From assembly GCA_025603075.1 (NCBI GenBank), contig MU626260.1:186001-250000 (forward strand): 64,000 bases of DNA, in the 5' to 3' direction. This DNA is from Neoconidiobolus thromboides FSU 785. Taxonomy: Eukaryota > Fungi > Entomophthoromycota. Made by a program: the position numbers and the translations under genes. Numbering within the stretch: position 1 is the first letter of the stretch; every line of letters starts with the position of its first letter. This document shows, piece by piece, positions 58,634-64,000 of this stretch. The notes below the pieces were generated by a model. The model was given only the letters and a program-made list of their open reading frames with translations, did no database searches and was not told the DNA's origin.

Positions 58634-60611
58634 ATGCGAATTGACCTACTGAAAGACCCAAAGCTATTAGAGACGCACCCAATCATGGGCCAAAAAAGCG
58701 TACAATACCAATGTCACTGTATTAACAATAATGGTTTTAACCAAGGTCAGCAGACAGAATTTCTATCCCATATAAACAAAGTAGAAAGTTTAACACAGCC
58801 TTTAATCAATTATCATTTCTGTAATACCTGTTTAAAAATATGCTGCTATCGTTGTATAAAAGAGAAGATATTATTTCATTATTGTCCAATATGTTTATTC
58901 GAGATACAAGGTGTTATTACTCAACCAGAAAAATTGAAGTAAGTAGTTCATTTTAAAGAGATGAGAGGACGATGCTTATGATCATTCTTAGATGTTGGAG
59001 AAATTGTTTAAGTTGTCCAGTATGTCAGTCTGGTCTAACCGTATTAGAAACAGTTGAAGAACCACAAAGTAAGTTAGGTGTGATGGCTATTCCACCAGAT
59101 ACTAGTGTTAAAGATAGTGAAAGCATCAGAAAATTTCATCTTAGGTGTTCATGCTGTAAATATGATAGTAGAGAAGATGATATTGAATTAGATAAATTAT
59201 CGTTTTTAGCTAGTGAGTTTTTATTTTATTTTATATGAGTTTAATAAGGTGCTAATAATACTTTCTTTCTAGATACTATTGCTCAACTTGAAAGAGATAA
59301 TGAAATAAGCTATAAAGAAGTTAATAATTTACAATTACATTATGATATTGAGCATATGATACCTTATTTTTTTAATTTTAATCCTAACCTATATGCTATT
59401 GAAGAGGTTGATGGCTTTGATATTAAAGTTTTGGATTTGTTCAAGTTAAGAGGAAAGAAATATAATTCAGTTCTATCACAGCTTATTAAAAAAGATGAGA
59501 ATCTAATGGAAGAAATTAAAGAATTTAACCAAAAGAAAGAACAAGCTATTATTAATGGAAACGGTAAATTTCCTATTTAATAATTAATCAGATGTATTTT
59601 ATTCATTTATTTGATTTATAGCTCCTTCAGTTGAAGAGATACTTAATTATGGTTTAAATTTAAATGAAAAGAAATATCCACAAAGACAAAATTTGAAATC
59701 AAGGAGAAGTAAATTATGCCCACATTGTAATGAAATTATATCGGATCCAAGTGTTAAAGCATCTCAAGAACATAAATTCTTTTTCAAATGTCCAGCATAG
59801 TAAGAGAAAATGATATTAATAGTTTTTGAAGTATTCATTTAATGTTTTTTTAGTCGTGAAGTACCAGATATTAAAATTGAAAATGACATTATTGAATTGA
59901 AAAAAGACAAGATGACAGTATTAAAATTGAAGTTTATTAATCCATTGAAATTTCAAACTTTTATTCACCTAAATTCTCCATTATCAAATACTTGGTTTAT
60001 TAAAGGGCAGTCAAATGACATCAATGATATTCTAGAAATTGAGGAACAGAAACAAAATTATATTGGAGATCCATTAAAAAGGTTTAATGCTGTTTTTAAT
60101 CATATGGTAAGATTAAAGAGAATAATATAATGTACAATATTCTAATATTGATTCATTTTATAGATTAAATTTATTAGTCCAAAATTTAGTATAGATGGAA
60201 ACGCTACTAATGCTTCTGAAATGAATTTAATGGAAGAAGATGAAGAAGAAATGATTGAGGTTGATAAAGTAACAATGGAGCAGATAAAAGAATTGGATTA
60301 TAACGCAGATAAACCGTTTCAAGCTGTTTACGAGAGGGTAAAAAACACAACTTGTGTTTATTTACCTATTATACCTAAAGGAGAACCTGGACAAGAAGTG
60401 GTGGTAAGTTCAGTTAGTAAAAACATCTTTTTTGATTTTTAATATATTGTTTTAGTTACCGCTGTTAATGGCTTATACTACTAAGGTAAAACAAATGAAG
60501 GGAAACGAAGATGACGAAGAAGAAATGGAAGTTGAAGAAGAAAAAAAAATTGAAGACTTTAAAACAGTACATGTTTGGGTATATCTTAAGTTGGGTAAAA
60601 TCTTAAATTAA
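58634..60611 (+). CDS. DCTN4: Dynactin subunit p62 (DCTN4/Ro-2), multi-exon
   Basis: FCNTCLKICCYRC..YCPICLFEI..|RCWRNCLSCPVCQSGL; LRCSCCKYDS; RRSKLCPHCNEII.DP; LKFINPL; stop 60609-60611. Confidence 0.82.
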
Positions 60612-61025
60612 AAATGTTGTATGTTAGTATATTTCATATTATCGCTTTATTAAAGTTTAATTTAATCCTGGGTTCGCCCAATGGTGTTTTAATTACTCCA
60701 TTCCTTATTAATAATACTCTAGTAAGTTATATTAATTGCTGTATGTTTAATAAATATGGTATATTATTATTTTAAATTTCCAACAAATAAATTGTAAAAA
60801 TTGTAATCAATGTTCCATTTATTTTTCCCATAATTAATTCTCGAAATTTGTCCATTAAAATATGATTCGTCGCTATTTCGTATTCGTTAACCATTGGTTG
60901 AATTTATTAATGAATGACTCAATAAAAAGGGGAACACAGAATTTATAGAATTATTGATTTCTTTATTGATTGTCTCACTCCATTACCCTGCAAGGCTAAT
61001 TAATAAAAAAGTAATAATTTAAAAA

Positions 61026-62381
61026 ATGCGTGAAGTAATTTCTATCCATGTTGGTCAAGCCGGTATTCAAATCGGTAACTCATGCTGGGAGCTCTACTGT
61101 TTAGAACACGGTATTAACCCTGATGGTTCCATGAACAGCGATAACCCAAACAATGTTGCTGGTGACTCTTTCAGCACCTTTTTCTATGAAACTGGTTCTG
61201 GCAAACACGTGCCACGTTCTGTTTTCGTCGATTTAGAACCAGCTGTCATTGATGAAGTTCGTGTTTCTAAATTCCGTTCCCTTTTCCATCCAGAGCAACT
61301 TATCTCTGGTAAAGAAGATGCTGCTAACAATTACGCACGTGGTCATTATACCGTTGGTAAAGAATTTGTTGATCCTGTTATGGATCGTATCCGTAAATTA
61401 GCTGATAACTGTGCTGGTCTCCAAGGTTTCCTTGTTTTCCACTCTTTCGGAGGTGGTACTGGTTCCGGTTTCGGTTCTTTACTTTTAGAACGTCTTTCTA
61501 CCGATTTTGGTAAAAAAGCTAAGCTTGAGTTCTCTGTTTACCCAGCTCCAGAAATCTCTTCCTCTGTTGTTGAACCATATAACTCTATCCTTACTACCCA
61601 CACTACCCTCGAACACTCCGACTGTTCATTCATGGTTGATAATCAAGCTATCTATGATATTTGCAAAACCAATCTTGGTATTGAACGCCCAAGCTACCAA
61701 AATCTTAACAACATGATTGCTCAAGTAGTTTCTTCTATCACTGCTTCTCTTCGTTTCGGTGGTGCACTTAATGTTGATCTTAATGAATTCCAAACTAATT
61801 TAGTACCATTCCCACGTATTCATTTCCCATTGGTTTCCTATGCTCCAATTATCTCAGCTGCTAAAGCTTCCCATGAATCCTTAAATGTCAATGACATTAC
61901 TAACTCTTGTTTCGAACCACGTAATGTTATGGTCAAATGTGACCCACGTAAAGGTAAATATATGGCTTGTGCCCTCTTATACCGTGGTGATGTTGTTCCA
62001 AAGGAAACCAATCAAATCATTGCTAAACTTAAGACCTCCCGCACTATTCAATTTGTTGACTGGTCTCCATGTGGTTTCAAGGTTGGTATTAACAACCGTA
62101 CCCCATCTGTCTTCCCAGACTCTGAACAAGCTCATGTGCCACGTGCTGTCTGTGCTCTTTCTAACAACACTGCTATTGCTGAAGCTTGGTCTCGTCTTGA
62201 CCATAAATTCGATCTTATGTACGCCAAACGTGCTTTCGTACATTGGTATGTTGGTGAAGGTATGGAAGAAGGAGAATTTTCTGAAGCCAGAGAAGATCTT
62301 GCTGCCCTTGAAAGAGATTACCAAGAAGTCGCTGTCGATTCTGCTGATCAAAACGATGAAGTTGTTGAAGATGACTATTAA
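61026..62381 (+). CDS. TUB1: Alpha-tubulin, major/conserved paralog with strong codon bias, intronless
   Basis: [56 protein letters not shown], ends EDDY; CGT/GGT/GCT-biased codons. Confidence 0.97.
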   Translation: MREVISIHVGQAGIQIGNSCWELYCLEHGINPDGSMNSDNPNNVAGDSFSTFFYETGSGKHVPRSVFVDLEPAVIDEVRVSKFRSLFHPEQLISGKEDAANNYARGHYTVGKEFVDPVMDRIRKLADNCAGLQGFLVFHSFGGGTGSGFGSLLLERLSTDFGKKAKLEFSVYPAPEISSSVVEPYNSILTTHTTLEHSDCSFMVDNQAIYDICKTNLGIERPSYQNLNNMIAQVVSSITASLRFGGALNVDLNEFQTNLVPFPRIHFPLVSYAPIISAAKASHESLNVNDITNSCFEPRNVMVKCDPRKGKYMACALLYRGDVVPKETNQIIAKLKTSRTIQFVDWSPCGFKVGINNRTPSVFPDSEQAHVPRAVCALSNNTAIAEAWSRLDHKFDLMYAKRAFVHWYVGEGMEEGEFSEAREDLAALERDYQEVAVDSADQNDEVVEDDY

Positions 62382-62750
62382 ATATTTTGGAAATAAATTA
62401 TTGCTAGTTTGCTTAAGTGATATTCTTGTAATCAGAAATTTAGTTTTTTGTTCATTTAATATATCAATAGATTAAAAAGATCGAAAAGAGTATACTAATT
62501 GTTTATAAGTAAATTACAATAGTTGCTAAAGAGTGTATAGCTTTATGAATTTAAAAGGAACCCTATAAATGGAGAATAATAATAAAAATATAACAGCCAT
62601 TTAAAGTTCAACTAAGAAAATATAATAATCATGAAAATAAAACTAATCAAATAAAATGGTTTAAGATTACTCTGTATTATAAATAAGGCTTACTAAAATT
62701 ATAACATTTTTATTGTAAAGAAGGAATATAATAAAATAAAGGAAATAATT

Positions 62751-62848
62751 AAAGGTGTCTTTTTGGTTTTATCACTTTTTCCATTTTTTAAGCGCTGTTT
62801 AAGTGGAAAAATTATTAGTAAAATTATTAAACAAAAGTATATCCCTCC
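62751..62848 (+). mobile_element. MITE copy 15
   Basis: AATT|AAAGGTGTC...ATCCCTCC|AACT with family core. Confidence 0.75.
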
Positions 62849-62920
62849 AACTTGAGAATGATAATCTTCAATTTGAATTTATTTATAATAACAGCTGGTA
62901 TTTCTCAATAATTAATAGGC

Positions 62921-62993
62921 GCCTGATTAGCTCAGTCGGTAGAGCATGAGACTTTTAATCTCAGGGTCATGGGTTCGAGCCCCATATCAGGCT
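62921..62993 (+). tRNA. tK(UUU): tRNA-Lys(UUU), intronless
   Basis: Acceptor stem GCCTGAT/ATCAGGC; D-arm TAGCTCAGTCGGTAGAGC; anticodon arm TGAGA-CTTTTAA-TCTCA; T-arm GGTTCGAGCC; T5 run downstream. Confidence 0.95.
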
Positions 62994-63055
62994 ACAAAGA
63001 TAGTCAATATTTTTGAAAGTAAATATTTTTTTGTTTGAAAATAAAATTAGTTTAT

Positions 63056-64000
63056 TTAAAGTTTTAAATGGGATATCCAAGCAGCTAAATAATCTTGATT
63101 CTGGTTTTCAGTATCTAAATTTTGGATTAAATTCGATAAATCAGCCAATAAAGCTAATGGCAATTCTTCTTGATTACTCTCAATCTTATGAATCTCATCA
63201 AACTCATTTGCTTTCTTTTCTGCTAATTGGATGACCTGATAATTTTTATATTTAATTAGTATAACTAAATTATACATCAGCTTATTAATAACTTACCAAA
63301 TCCGGGATTCCTGCCATGGATGCTACATTCATACCATAAGACTTAAGAAAACATTAATATATTGTAACTATTATTCCTTTATAAAAATTCACCTTGTTGC
63401 AAACCCCTTGTTTAAGTTTATATAAGAATTGAACCTTGTTTGAATTTGGTAACACTAAACAATCCATATGCATCATTTTAATTTTAGGATAATTGATAAA
63501 TTCGTTTGTTAGCATATGATAATGGGTAGAAAATAAGCCAAGGCATTGAATCTTTTGCAATAAGTAATATAGAACCGAATAAGCAATAGAATACCTAAAT
63601 ATTTAATTAAATATTTAATGAATTTCGATAATAAACAAGTTTACCCATCAAAAGTAGATGTACCTCTACCAAGCTCATCTAAAATAATTAATGAATTTTT
63701 GGTTGCTTCTTTTAAAATTCGACTCGTTTCTGAAAGCTCTACCATAAAGGTGGATTGCCCAGCTAATATATTATCATTAGCACCTAAAAAAATTAATGAT
63801 TATTCTAAATCAATTCAACTAAATAGCTACCAATTCTAGTAAAGATACTATCAAACGGAGTTAACTCACAGTACTCTGCTGGTACAAAACAACCCACTTG
63901 AGCCATAATAATGATAATACATATCTTAAATATTAATATTACTACTATATACTCATAGATAAAAACGACTTACTTGTCTTAAAATAGTTGATTTACCACC
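63056..64000 (-). CDS. MSH6: MutS-family mismatch repair ATPase Msh6, 3' part (5' beyond window)
   Basis: [41 protein letters not shown]; FSTHYH; FLYKL..GVC; [13 protein letters not shown]. Confidence 0.88.

Noticed and set aside
61507-62475. ORFs overlapping the tubulin genes (61507-61716, 61885-62475, 61977-62351; also 56857-57418)
   Set aside because: Alternative-frame or antisense by-products of strong codon bias.

Overview
AT-rich eukaryotic DNA from a fungus. Short ~45-60 nt GT-AG introns, divergent alpha-tubulins and low GC suggest an early-diverging, zygomycete-grade lineage (inference). I identified about 22 protein-coding genes. In order: SEC7 (partial), a C2H2 zinc-finger factor, a sphingolipid delta-4 desaturase, mitochondrial TrpRS, a MARCH5-like RING-CH ligase, a SPRY protein, a mitochondrial carrier, CCZ1, RPO41, COX16, GLTP/HET-C2, an MFS transporter, a KIN4-like kinase, RRP15, PRP2/DHX16, a secreted GDSL lipase, a RasGEF, BRR2, a divergent alpha-tubulin, dynactin p62, a canonical-type alpha-tubulin and MSH6 (partial). 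There is also one tRNA-Lys(UUU). The main unexplained structure is a ~99-bp miniature inverted-repeat element present in about 15 intergenic copies. It has GGGGATGT...ACATCCCC termini and 4-bp AWWT target-site duplications, which is a Sola-like signature. Neighbouring copies resemble each other most, and one inverted pair looks like a 757-bp composite element. Also notable are an inverted alpha-tubulin / dynactin-p62 / alpha-tubulin cassette with a possible gene-conversion tract, and a heavily decayed LINE relic. Exon boundaries were read by eye, so internal coordinates are approximate. No database searches were run.
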